Both the position numbers and the translations under genes were made by a program. A stretch of DNA of 64,000 nt from Octopus vulgaris (lineage: Eukaryota): NCBI GenBank assembly GCA_951406725.2, contig OX597828.1:44516001-44580000 (forward strand). The letters run 5' to 3'. Below the pieces are notes generated by a model. That model searched no databases. It saw nothing but the letters and a program-made list of their open reading frames with translations, and was not told the DNA's origin. Below, piece after piece: positions 13,501 through 28,000 of the stretch; the first letter of the stretch is position 1; each line of letters opens with the position of its first letter.

Positions 13501-16500
13501 ATAGCGTATTGAAGAGGGGGGTTCGAAGAGTAGACACCTATAATGGTGGTGGGAGAAGCGACATCCGGTATAGATGGAGCAAAAATATAGAGATATCCGG
13601 TATTGGTGGTGGGGGTGGGCAAGGGCGGGTGCACCGCGAATACGCGAAGGTTGAAAGACGAGAGAGCGAGGACTTGGACGGGCAAAATTAATAAAGGGAC
13701 GGTGGAGAAATGGAGAAATTATCGGCACATAATGATGAGAGGAATTAGGGAATACTATGACAACTGCTTAAGCGTATTAGTAATTAGTAAGTAGATAAAA
13801 TAGATAGATAGATAAAAACATAATCAAGAAATGAGGCACGTTAATGACGGGCTGGCTTAAAAATGCTCTTAGCAATGCAAGGGGGAAGGAAGAGGGGGAG
13901 GGCAGACAACGTAAAAGAGGGAGAGAGAGAAAGGGAATAGTGGAACCCTGCGAAAATCGGCCGCCATTGAAAACCCCTGTATGGAGAAACTTAAATATCT
14001 ATTCTGTATTTAGCGAGACACGAGGCCGGAACTGATGGTCAACGATAACTAATAAATTATACATAATATGCAATACGAGGCGAAGCTGAAAATAATAATA
14101 ATAAATATATATATATATACATGCGGTGGTGTTGAAAAGTTTTAGTCTTTGAGTAAAAGAAAATACAGGATGATCAGTTAATTATGATTTTATTCAACAT
14201 ATTCCCCTCTCTGATTCACACACTTATTGCAGCGGTCCTTCAGTTTTTCTAAGCCCTGTAAAAGAACTCAGAAGGCTGGGCCTCCAACCAGGCCTTTCAT
14301 GATACCCTTAAAGCCAGGAACTTTTCAGAACCCCATCATATCTTTGCCTTTATTACCTGTGTGTGAGTTAGTAATAGTAGTCGTCATAATAGGAATAAAT
14401 ATCTCTATATATATAAACGGCAAAATGTCTGTGTGCGTGTCCTTTATACAAATCCATAATTTTTCAGTTAGAGGGCTTGCACTTTCTATGGTCATTCAAA
14501 ACCGTCCAAGGGTGGTCGTGCACATCTTTACATTTCCCCAGTCACCCCGCAAAGCCATTAAAAAATCAATAGAAGTGACTTTTTTGTGAATTTTCTATCC
14601 AAAACCCAATCAAAATGCCCGAAACTTGATACGCCAATTGAATGCCAGCGAGCTGTATGTGATTGGTCGGAGATTTGGACAGTACTCGCGTGTATTTGCG
14701 CATGCACGGAGCTGTATATGCATGCACTAGCACTATGACCCGGCAACGCCAGGTCATAGTGCTAATCTTATATATTCATGAATGTGGTTCAAGGAAGAAG
14801 TGATCGACATTAGTTAAGTGGCAGGGGGGTGGGGACTGCACAGAATGGAGAGGCAGTGGAACAGATGTCCTTATTTGTGTTACTTTGAAGAACTTCAATC
14901 TTTATATGTATTGAGCAGATTGGTGAGTTGCTTGAATTAAACAGGTTGTATCCCTCTACAAATGCTACAGCACTGTCCCTGTGAGCAGACAACTTTCAGT
15001 ACCTTAGTGGGATTGGACATTCCCAACCACCCTGTGGTTGCTTCCCAATGGCATTGTTTTGAATTCAGTCCTACTGTGTGGCTGTTATAGCCCAGGCCTT
15101 GTGACCCCCAACCCTCAGACCTTGTGAGTAAATTTGTTAGACACAGACTGAAAGAAGCCCTGTGGCTTTATCATCATCATCATCATTTAGTGGCCATGCT
15201 GGCATGGGTTGGATGGTTTGACTGGGGTCTGGGAAGCCAGGAGGCTGCCCCAGGCTCCAATCTGATCTGGCAATGTTTCTACAGCTGGCTGCCCTTCCTA
15301 ATGCCAACCACTCCGAGAGTGTAGTGGGTGCTTATTATGTGCTACCTGCACAGGAGAGAGTCAGGCGGGCCTGCACTGGTCACGTTCGGATAGTGCTTTT
15401 TACGTGCCACTGACACGGGGGTCAGTCAGGAGGTACTGGTATCGGCCACGTTCAGATGGTGCTTTTTACGTGCCACTAGCATGGGAGCTAGTCAGGGGGT
15501 ACTGGCATCAGCCATGTTCGGACGGTGCTTCTTACGTGTCACTGCCAAGGGAGCCAGTCAGTGGGTACTGGCATCACCCACATTTGTATGGTGCTTTTTC
15601 CGTGTCACCGGCATGGGAGCCAGTCAGGCGGACCTGGCATTGATCACGTTAGGATGGTACTTTTTACATGCCACTGGCATGGGAGCCAGTCAGGAATCAC
15701 TGGCTGTAAATAAATGTCACTCTCATACAAGCAGTGTCGTTTATTTGCAGTCTCCCATTATATCATGTCCAGCCATTATACTGTTTGTATTCAAAGGACT
15801 GAGGAAAACATTACTTTCGTTGGAAACATGTGAATGTTTACAAGAGGAAGGGCACCTGGTGATAGAAAATCTGCATCAACAAATCCTGTATGAGGGTGAT
15901 CTAATTCATTTGCCTGAGTTTCCTGTCAAGCCCTCCTGTCTAATCTGTTTTCATTACTAATCTGTCTCTCTCTTCTGCCCATCTAATCCAGTGGTTCTTA
16001 CCTTGGGCTGTAAAACACTCTTGGAAATGTTGTGAGATCACAAGGGGTTGCTGGGTGTTTAGAAGTTGGAGTGCCTTGATTTTTTTTTTTGTTGGAAATA
16101 AAATATTTAAACCAGATAAAAATACAATAAAACCTTAGTTTATGAAGACCTGCTTTACAAAACCCTGGGTTTACAAGTTTTATTTTCCAAGCACAAAATC
16201 CAAATTTGAATGAAATGCAAAAGTTTCTACTACCATAACAAATGCTTCTGTATGTTACTGAGAAATTTATAGAGAGCAAAAAGAAACCTTCTTCTAAACA
16301 AACAACTCAAGACTGTTTCTTTTGTCCGTCTACGAGAGAATGTGAATCGGCGATCGCGTCTACAAGTGATGCTGTGCGTGAATCTAGTGTGAGTGAAAGT
16401 GATTCAGAAAATGATTATAATAATAATAATATTTTTTATTATAGATGGTCTTTATATTCTTTTTACTTTACATAAAATATTCTTTACATTCTACTTTTGT

Positions 16501-19500
16501 TTTATTGCCATTTATTTATGAGTATTATAAATTTTACAGGTAAAATATTTTTCTGAGAACGAATTATGATTTATAAACATTGCCACTATGGGAAATTGTT
16601 GCTCTGCTTTACGAGTTTTCACTTTACAAGCGGTCTCTGGGAACCAAATTAACTCGTATATCAAGGCACCACTGTCCTTGTGTTTCAAACATAGTTTTTT
16701 TTTAGGGTTAAAATATGAACTGGACAGGACCTTATGTTACCAGGGAACAGCTGTAGTAAAGAAACACCGTTTTGACCCTGTGCTTGAGGAGATCCATTGA
16801 GTCAAGGACACCAACATCAAAAATCAATGGAAACTGCAGTTGTGATCCCTGTGCCAGTGGCACATAAAAAGCACTATCCGAATGTGGCCGATGCCAGCGC
16901 CGCCTAGACTGGCTTCTGTGCCGGTGGCACGTAAAAAGCACCAATCCGATCGTGGCCATTGCCAGCCTTGCCTGGCACCTGTGTCGGTGGCACGTAAAAA
17001 GCACCTACTACACTCACGGAGTGGTTGGCATTAGGAAGGGCATCCAGCTGTAGAAACACTACCAGATCAGACTGGGGCCTGGTGCAGCCTTCTGGCTTCC
17101 CAGATCCCCGGTCGAACCGTCCAACCCATGCTAGCATGGAGAACGGATGTTAAATGATGATGATGATATAGATCTTTGCTTTCTTTAATAGCTTTGTTAA
17201 AAGTTTAACACCATTCCATGCAAATATCTAATAGGTGTCACTGGATGGGTGAGTTTGCCAATCCATATCATGAGCTCTTAACACATTGCTGGAATCTTAG
17301 GTGCACCATCATGATATACAGCCAGCATATTTTGTGCACTTTTTAACCTGCTGCAGCCAATGCTGTTTCCTGTTCTGGCTGTAGTCAATTTCTTCCTTGT
17401 CAGTGAGAAAGAGATGAACAGCAAAATCAAAGAAAGAGGTTAGAGAAAGGAAATATTGACCACAGTACAGGACCGGTGTTTGATTTATTGACCTTGGAAA
17501 GATTAAAAGAAAAGTTGTCCTTTGTGGAATTTGAACTCAGAGCTGAGAGAATTGCAGTTATTACTGCAAAGCAGTCTATCTGGCTTTAATGCCTCTGCTA
17601 ATTACCAGTTGGGATAACATAAGAAAATAATTAACTTTTGTATCATTTAAATAATTTGTTGTTTTTTTCTTGCAAAAGCTGCAAAGGGGTCGTTTTTGAT
17701 AAAAGGTGGCAGTGGAATACAAAGCATTAAGATCTACTGATCTAATTCTTCCAGATAATCCATTTGTTGATCTGACCTTACTGTTTAATCCACTGGCCTA
17801 ACGTGTCTTTCTCTATCTTCTCATATTACTTTAGGTGCCACAAATAATTCTGAATGACCACCACAATAAAGGGAAGCTGTGTAGAATATTCTGTGCCCAA
17901 CCACGCAGAATTGCTGCCTTATCTATTGCCGAGAGAGTTTCTGCTGAGCGAGGGGAAAAGATTGGCCAGATTGTCGGCTATCAGATACGTCTTGAAAGCA
18001 AGTAAGAACCACAAACTGGATGTACATTTTTACACTGCAGGCTCAAAAGACACATAAATACATATTCTTATATGTGTATTCTTTTGTTCTTTCAGTCCTA
18101 AGGCTGTGGCCATGCTGGGGCACTGCCAGTGAAAATATTAACGTTGCCGATAGGATTCGAACCTATGCAGGGAGATCCCAATGGATTTCTAATCCATCAC
18201 CTTAACCACTCGGCCGTGTTCATCATCATCGTCATCATAATTATACTTTGTTTTTCCATTCTTGTATGGATTTTATGTATCTTTTCCAGAATTGTGTCTT
18301 GGAATTAGTGATATCTTTTGTGAGATTTAGCTTCATGAGGTCACCTTTCACTACTTCTTATGTCTATCCCTCTTTTGCTTCTGCAGGTTCCTACTGTTTC
18401 CATTACTTTACACTATCATCCTTCATATGTGTCATATGTCTGTACCTTATTACCCACAAGGGGCTAAACATAAAGGGGACAAACAAGGACAGACATAGGT
18501 ATTAAGTCGATTAATAAAGGCGGCGAGCTGGCAGAAACGTTAGCACACCGGGCGAAATGCTTAGCGGTATTTCGTCTGCGTTACGTTGTGAGTTCAAATT
18601 CCGCCGAGGTCGACTTTGCCTTTCATCCTTTCGGGGTCGATAAATAAAGTACCAGTTACGCACTGGGGTCGATGTAATCAACTTAATACCTATGTCTGTC
18701 CTTGTTTGTCCCCTCTGTGTTTAGCCCCTTGTGGGTAATAAAGAAATAGGTATTAAGTCGATTACGTCGACCCCAGTGCGTAACTGGTACTTAATTTATC
18801 GACCCCAAAAGGATGAAAGGCAAAGTCGACCTCGGCGGAATTTGAACTCACAATGTATGTCTGTACCAGTGCAGTCTTCTAATTCGTCTCAAACCCCTAT
18901 TTTCTCTCATCTCCTTCATGCTTCAGCTTCCAGATGCATTAACATTACAAATTCAGCTTGTATGTTTGTCTTATTTTCTCCAACTTTCTCACATCCTCTG
19001 CATTCAATATATCCATGTTTTTCTGCTCTGCAACTTCACACTTTATACACAAGCACCATACAATCTACCCTCGAATAGGATAGATAATCCCTGTGTTGCT
19101 AGCAGAGATAATAGCGCTTTGAACTTATCCCGCCCATTTTTATTCTAGTTACAATACTTTCACAACATAGGTGTAGGAGTGGCCGTGTGGTAAGTAGCTT
19201 GCTTATGAACTACATGGTTCTGGGTTCAGTCCCACCGCGTGGCAACTTGGGCAGGTGTCTTCTACTATAGCCTTGCTCTAGTGGTTAGAGCAGTGGATTC
19301 GCGGTCGAGGGATTGCGGGTTCGAGTCTCAGACCAGACGATGTGTGTATTTATGAGCAAAACACCTAAGCTCCACGCGGCTCCGGCAGAAGGTAATGGCG
19401 AACTTCTGCTGACTCTTTCGCCACAACTTTCTCTCACTCTTTCCTCCTGCATCTTGCAGCTCACCTGCGACGGACCAGCATCCCGTCCAGGTGGGGAACC

Positions 19501-20510
19501 TATACCATGAATAATATAGGCAAATTATTTTTTACACCTTTATCTAGTCGAAAGTAATTAAGTGGTGGGGAGTAGGGAGTTTTCTTTGTATACATAGTGT
19601 AATTTATAGAGTTTTCATTTCTTTCTTTTGCAAGGGTGTCGCCACGAACTTTGTTGATTTTCTGCACCACTGGAGTATTGCTGAGGACCCTTATGGGAAG
19701 TGATGCTGCTTTGAACACTGTTACACACATCATTGTCGTAAGTTGGTATTATTTTATATTTACATACTCGTCTGGCACCTGTGCCAGTGGCACGTAAAAA
19801 GCACCCAATACACTCACGGAGTGGTTGGCGTTAGGAAGGGCATCCAGCCGTAGAAACATTGCCAGATCAGACTGGGCCTGGTACAGCCATTTGGCTTGCC
19901 AGCTCACAGTCAAAATCGTCCAACCCATGCTAGCATGGAAAGCGGACACTAAACGATGATGATGATGATGATACATCTCTCTCTCTCTCTCTGGGTGGAA
20001 TTCCAACCATGTTTGGTGGTTTGCTACCTCAACAGCTCCTTTATAGGATCCACTGGTGAAAGACATCACCAGGAGGAACCACGTCTGGTTTCGGCCCCTA
20101 CTCCTCTACCGTTTCCTATGTGGCGGGGCCCCCATTTTCGGTGATGTCTTCAGCTCTGGTGTTGAGTGCGTTTCTTCTTTCTCCTTTTTTCTCTTGTTCT
20201 TTGGTTTTCTCCAATGCAGCATCAATGAATGTCAGCAGGCGAATGACCATCCTGCCAAATTTCCCTTTAAATACTCACCAGTAGGCTCCACCAGCCAGCA
20301 ACAGCTAACCATCATGCAACACTGTCTAAGCTTCAACTGACCAATGGAGTTTTGACTTGCGCCCTCTCTAAACCTGCCTTCCAACAGTGTTGTGTTACTT
20401 TCAGTTTCAGCAGCCAGAGCCGACCAGCTGTTTGGTGGTTCAAACCTTCGAACCAGGAAGAGGGGGCGCTATGAACAAGATCGCTACCTTGGCCTACCTG
20501 TCAATCCCCT

Positions 20511-20574
<64 letters not shown>

Positions 20575-20970
20575 ATATATATATATGTATGTATATAAAC
20601 ACAGGTTAGCGAAGCAAGGTGACAGAATAGTACTCGAATACCAAAGGTAGAGTAATCTGCTTTTTATTAAAGCTTCAAAATTATCACAAGACTGTTACTC
20701 AGAGTTTCATATTCCCTTTCATCAGTGAGTTGTGATGAAAACACACACACACACACATGCACACATATATGTATGTATATAATAGCGAGAGAGAGAAATA
20801 CATATATACACATATATATATTGCCAAATCAAGCTTAGAAATTCTAGTCAAACTGTCTAATCCATGCCAGGATGGAAACTGGCTGTTAAATGATGATGAC
20901 GATGATTATATATACAGTAGCATTTCAGTTTTCGAACTCTGATCATCAATAAATCGTGCTTTATATATAT

Positions 20971-21034
<64 letters not shown>

Positions 21035-24000
21035 GGGTTGGACAAAATAATGGAAACACCTAGTATCATAGCATCATAATTTTGAAATATCTATAAAACC
21101 GTCAAAAGCTTGTTTATTTTTATGTTTTTTTTATTTATCATTAGTGTTGCTTAATATGTTTTGCTAAAATTGCTGTTTCTTTTCAGATATCATCAGAAAA
21201 AGTTAATTAAAATTCATTAAAATGACAGATCTATCAGACTTTCAAAGCGGTTGAATTGTTGGTGTATCAAGAAGTACTGTCTTGAAAGTAATAACAGCCT
21301 TTGAGTAAGAGGGAAAAACCTCCTCGTCGAAACTAAACTCCGGAAGAAAACCTAAGCTTTCAGTTAGGGACTGTCGGGCTCTTATGCGAATTGTTAGAAA
21401 GGCTCACAAACGTACAGCTCCCAAAATTACTGCAGGGTTTAATGACCACCTCATGAACCCAATTTCCACAAAAACTGTTTGCCAGGAGCTGCACAAAGCT
21501 GGATTTCACAGGAGGGCTGCAGTAAGAAAACTACTACTTTCAAAAGCAAACGTTGCAAAGCATTTAGAGTGGAGTAAAAACCTACAGAATTGGTCCCTAG
21601 AGCAGTGGAAGAATGCTACTTTATCAGACGAGTCATCCTTTACCTTATTTTCGACCACCAGCCAAGTATACGTGTGGAGATAGCCAAAAGAAGCATTTGA
21701 CCTAGACTGCCTTCCAACTGTTAAAATGGAGAAGGGTCTGTGATGATCAGGGGCTATATCTTGGAAATCTGCTAGCCCAATGGTTTCCCTTCATGGCAGA
21801 ATTAATAGCCAGGTCTATTTAAGCATTTTATCTGATCAAATCCATCATATGGTTACGGAACTGTTTCCGGAGGGAAACACAATCTTTCAGGATGATAATG
21901 CACCAATTCACACAGCTAAAGTTGTTACTGAATGGCACGAGGAACGTTCTAGTGAACATCTTATCTGGCCACCACAGTCCCCAAATCTCATTATCATCGG
22001 ACATTTATGGTGCATTTTAGAAAAAACAAGTAAGGAGTCAATATTCTCCACCATCATCACTACAAGAACTGGAGACTGTTTTAGCTGAAGAATGGAAAAA
22101 ATTCCTTTGGAAACAATTCAAACTTTGTACGAGTCCATACCTCATAGAATTCAAGCAGTAATTACTACCAAAGGTGGTGATCCTATCCCATATTAAAATA
22201 AATTTGTTTGAAATTTTAAGGTGTTTCCATTATTTTGTCCAACCCCTGTATATTGATGTAAAGCATGGTTTATTTGTGATCAGAGTTGTTTGTAAACCGA
22301 GGTACTACTGTATATGTTATTTGAAATGACTTGATTTGGCTTCTAGCTGTTTAGTTCCTTATGGAGACGCAAATGCTACGATTACCAAGATGTATTGTTA
22401 CAGAAGTAAGTGAAGCACTAAATAAAAAAAAAAAAGAGGTACTTTTTGAAAAGTCACCCGTGGAGATGCATCTGTACCTACATCACATCTGTACAGCATC
22501 TCATTTGCAAGGTACTGGTGCATGATGGGTCAAAAAGACCGTAGTGCTTCAGAATAAAGAGTCTTGTAACCACATGTGAATCATTGGCGATATTTTTTTT
22601 TTTTTCTGTTTTCCTTTTTTCTTGGACTTTTATCTGCCTTCTGTTTCTGAAGAAGAGCTTTGCTCGAAACATAAAACCACCTTGCTTTCCTTCCCTGAGC
22701 ATCTACTAATACTTTGCATGTACCACATCCTCATGTTGTTTTTCCTCTTGTGTTCTTTGTTTTTTAGGGAATTTACTATATATATATATAGAGTGGTTGT
22801 ATACTGTCAACTTAACGTGACAGTCCCGTAAGGGAATTACACCACCGCTGTTTAGCCCTAAGAAGCAGTGGTGGTGTAATTCCCTTACGGGACTGTCACG
22901 TTAAGTTGACAGTATACAACCACTCTATTGCTCCACCACCGTACATATCTCTATGGGATATTTAGAAAATTAATATTTCTGATATATATATATATATACC
23001 CTAGCTGTCATCGTTCCTCACCCCAACCCTCCCCACTGGTGCTTCCCTATATTACCTGCACCCCCAAAAAGCACCATCCGAACGTGACCGATGCCAGCGC
23101 CGCCTTGGCTGGCTTCCGTGCCGCTGGCACGTTAAAAGCTCGAACCGATCGTGATCGATGCCAGACCCACCCTGGCACCTGTGCAGGTGGCACGTAAAAA
23201 GCACCCACTCCACTCGCGGAGTGGTTGGCGTTAGGAAGGGCATCCAGCCGTAGAAACTCTGCCAGATCAGACTGGAGCCTGGAGCAGCCCCTGGCTTCCC
23301 AGACCCCGGTCAAACCGTCCAACCCGTGCTAGCGCAGAAAACGGACGTTAAACGATGATGATGATGATGATGATATATATATACATGCATACATACATAT
23401 GAGGGTGTACTGAAAAGTTCCTGGCTTTGAGGGTATCATGAAGGACCACTGCAATAAGTGTGTGAATCTGAGGGAAATATTTTGAATAAAATCATAATCA
23501 ACTGATCCTCCTGTATTTTCTTTTACCCAAAGCCAGGGACTTTTTGGCACTCCTTTGTATCTATCTATTTACCTGTTTGTCTGTCTTCTGACGTGCAAAC
23601 CTGTCTATCTGTCTATCTAGCCAGGACCTTTTCAGCACGCCCTTGTATACACACTCACATATGTTCGTTTATTTTATGTTCATTTTTTTCCATGTTAGCA
23701 TGGGTTAGATGAGTATATACTATTGGGACATTGTTTTACAGCCAATTGCTCTTCTTATCACTAATCCTTAACTACTTTCGTTATGAGTGATTTTTGCATT
23801 ACATTGATCTTTGAAAGCATGGCACTCCCAGAGGATTTGTTGGCTGAGAAATGTCATATTTGTGATTCAGAGTGTAAATATTCACACATAAAAGACATGC
23901 GCATAACCGGACATAAGAGGCTTCCTGCAGTTTCCATCTGTCAATTTTATCACAAAGCATTCTGCAGCACCAAGAGTGTTGGTGCTGTAGAACACACTTG

Positions 24001-24372
24001 ACCAGTAGCACTGAACACCAGACCACATGACTGATAAAGGAACTTCTTGACCCCCACATACATGCCTACACCTATACACATACACACACATGATGGGCTT
24101 CATACAGTTTCCATTTACTAATTCTTGCACAAAGCAATGCTTGATGTCGAGCTGTAGTTGAAGATACTTGAGAATATTTGCTTTTTTCTTGTTTCAATCA
24201 TTAGACTATGGCCATGCTGGGGCAGTGCCTTGAGGAATCTTTAACCACAGTACTTCTTTTGTTTTTAAGCCTGGTACTTATTCTATCAGTCTCTTTTGTC
24301 AAACTGTTAAGTTATGGGGATGTAAGCACACCAGCAGTGGTTGTCGAGCAGAGGTGAGGTGGACAAACAAAG

Positions 24373-24438
<66 letters not shown>

Positions 24439-25056
24439 ATAGAAATGGTAAGACAACAAAAGAATGAAAGAGACCTCGATATTATGTAAATAAAGGAATT
24501 TATCTGTAATTGTAATATGTGACAGTTATTCGGTAGCCATGATAAAACTCCGAGATTCGGATGTCGGCGTGGAAATCCATGCCGCCATCTCTTCAGTTAT
24601 CCGGCTATCAGAAAAAGTGCTATGAAAATTACCCCTGCAATTTTCTCCAAAAGTTTCTTAGAGTATAGTTCCCTTGATGGTATAGGTATGTTTTTCATAG
24701 AATAATTGATGTAGAAGGCATCCACATTGAATTCTTCTGCGGGGCAGAGTCCTCAACCGATGTCTGGCGATTTTCCAAAATGGTCATTTTCATAGAATTT
24801 TTTCCGATGGCCGGATAACTGAAGAGATGGCAACGTGGATTTCCTCCCTGACATCCGAAACTCAGAGTTTTATCATGGCTACCAAATAATTGTCACATAT
24901 TACAATCATAGATATATACATACATATATATATGTATGGTTCCGGGTTCAGTCCCACTGCGTGGCACCTTGGGCAAGTGTCTTCTACAATAGCCTCGGGC
25001 CAACCAAAGACTTGTGAGTGGATTTGGTAGACGGAAACTGAAAGAAGCCCGTCGTA

Positions 25057-25096
<40 letters not shown>

Positions 25097-28000
25097 TGTG
25101 TTTGTGTGTCTGTGTTTGTTCCACTATCATTGCTTGACAACCGATGCTGGTGTGTTTATGTCCCCGGCAAAAGAGACCAATAGAATAAGTACTGGGCTTA
25201 CAAAAGAATAAGTCCCAGGGTCGAGTTGCTCGATTAAAGGCGGTGCTCCAGTATGGCCGCAGTCAAATGACTGAAACAAGTAAAAGAGTATATATATATG
25301 ATGGGCTTTCTTCAGTTTCTTTTAACTAAGTCCACTCACAAGGCTTTGGTCAGCCCAAGGCTGTAGCAGATGACACTTGTCCTAGGTGCCACAAAGTGGG
25401 ACTGAACCTGGAACTATGTGGTTGGTTGGAAAGCAATGTCTGCACCTATGCATATTTGTATGTATGTATGTGTGTGTGCTTAAAAGTATTTATATTGTTG
25501 CTGTTCATTGTTACAGGATGAAATTCACGAAAGAGACAGATACAGTGACTTCCTGCTTATAACCTTACGAGATGTACTTCCACGTTTCAAGAATCTGAAG
25601 TTGGTTTTAATGAGTGCAGCATTAAATACTGAACTGTTTATTAATTATTTCAGCAACTGTGCTTTCGTAAGCAGTAAGTACTGTTTTTGCTTTAACTATA
25701 TTCCTCAAGGCGGCGAGCTGGCAGAAACATTAGCACGCCGGGTGAAATGCGTAGCCGTATTTCGTCTGCCGTTACGTTCTGTGTTCAAATTCCGCCAAGG
25801 TCGACTTTGCCTTTCATCCTTTCGGGGGTCGATAAATTAAGTACCAGTTACGCATTGGGGTTGATGTAATCGACTTAACCCGTTTCTCTGTCCTTGTTTG
25901 TCCTCTCTGTGTTTAGCCCCTTGTGGGTAGTAAAGAAATATATATTCCTCATCTGAACAGTTATATGAAGCATTGATGATAAACAGGCCCCGCTTCATGG
26001 CACTGGGTCAGTCAGAGGCCTCAAATGACAACCACAACTCCTCACCATATGCTATAGACTCCTGCTGTAACCATACCCTTTGACAAGATCTTCCCTGTCC
26101 AGTCCCTGATGTCATTGCTCCATCTTCGTCTTTGTTACCCATGATCTTGTTTTCTGTTCACTCAAATCTTGTAAATTTGAGCATGGAGGTTCTGGACCTT
26201 GATAGTGTCATCATCAACATCATCATCATCGTTTAACATCTGGTCTCCATACTGGCATGGGCTGGACAGTTTGACATGTAGCTGGCTAGCAGAGAGCTGT
26301 CCGAACTCCAACTGTCTGTTGTGGCGTGGTTTCTATGGCTGGATGCCCTTCCTAATGCCAACCACTTGACAAAGTATGCTGGGTGTTTTTCTATGTGTAA
26401 CCGTCATGAGGACGTTTATGCAGCACCAGTATGGGTGTGTTTGATGCAGCCCTGGCATGGGTACATTTTTAAGTGGGGCCGTTGCCAGCACCGCCCCGAC
26501 TGGCCTCTGTGCCAGTGGCATGTAAAAAGCACCATCCGATCGTGGCTGTTGCCAGCCTCACCTAGCCTCCTTGCCGGTGGCACATAAAAAGCACCATCCG
26601 ATCGTGGCCGTTTGCCAGCCTTGTCTGGCACCTGTGCTGGTGGCACATAAAAAGCACCCACTACACTCACGAAGTGGTTGGCGTTAGGAAGGGCATCCAG
26701 CTGTAGAAACACTGCCAGATCAGACTAGGCCTGGTGCAGCCTTCTGGCTTCCCGGACCCCAGTTGAACCGTCCAACCCATGCTAGCATGGAAAGTGGACG
26801 TTAAACAATGATGATGATGATGATGACCAACTTGTGTGTGTAGAAGACAGCAATTTTATTGTTTGACATGTCTTATCAAATGTGGCCAAAATATTTCAGT
26901 TTTTACCCTCTGACCCCATTGTTGGCAGCTTTATTCCATTTTCTATCTCTTCGAAGACCAAATTGCATTAACTCTTTTAATGCCAACCCACCTGAGATTG
27001 CTTAGTGGTATTTCCTCTGTCTTTACATTCTGAGTTCAAATTCCACTGAGGTTGACTTAGCCTTTCATCATTTCGAGATCGATAAATTAAGTACCAGTTG
27101 CATACTGGGGGCAATCTAATCGACTGGTCCCCACTCCCCCAAAATTTCAGGCCTTGTGCCTAGAGTAGAAAAGAATATATTGCTTTTCTAAAGTAGTAAT
27201 CTGGCAGAAACGTGCCTAGAGTAGAAAAAAATATTGATGGAGAGTTGTCAACCCTTTCTAGAAGCTCCTTTCTTGACTTATAGTAGTAGTTGTTTAACCC
27301 CTGGTGTGTCTTGATTGAGCAGACCTATGATTAGAGATAGTCAAACCGTGATCATTCTGTCTTTGTTAAAAGTACAACACATCCAAGGCTACCTTATCCT
27401 GGCTCCACATACATCCTTCTTTGTATAGATGGGTAGGATATGACTTGAGGGAGATTGGGCTTCTGTTTCTAGCAATTCCAGCAAAATATTCAGGCTCCTT
27501 TATTGTTTTGTATATTTATATTACTATGGTGATTCTCTCTATGATACTGCTCTGTAGAGCAATACTTAGTGGGAATCCAGAATTTACAAAGAAATACATA
27601 CCAAAATTCCCCATTTGTGAAGAAGCTCAATATTGTGGATTTAATTAAAAACATTCGTTTTCATGTGTATGAATGTGTGTGAGAAAACTAAGTGTAATCT
27701 ATTACTGTATTGTCTATTTATCTGTTCACAGTTCCAGGGACATTATTTGAGGTGAAAGAATATTTTTTAGAAGATGTATTGAAATGGTGAGTTTATTTTC
27801 TGTATTATTTTTTCCTAAAAACAGCAAATTCTCAGAGAAAGCAGATTTAAAACTGATGAGGATGATCTTGTTGTGACCTCAGTTCTTAACCAAATGGAAA
27901 ACTATTAGCATTTTTGAAGAGGACTGGTCCCTAGCTACATCCTGAACTTTTCCAAGTGTAGTTACTTTGTCCTGTTCTTTTTCCGATTTATAATCTTAAG

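Noticed and set aside
18142-18223. Functional tRNA-Ser gene
   Set aside because: The 5' acceptor strand does not pair with the 3' strand.
21222-22200. Active Tc1 transposase
   Set aside because: Multiple stops and frameshifts, and the SPDLNPIE motif has decayed to SPNLIIIG.
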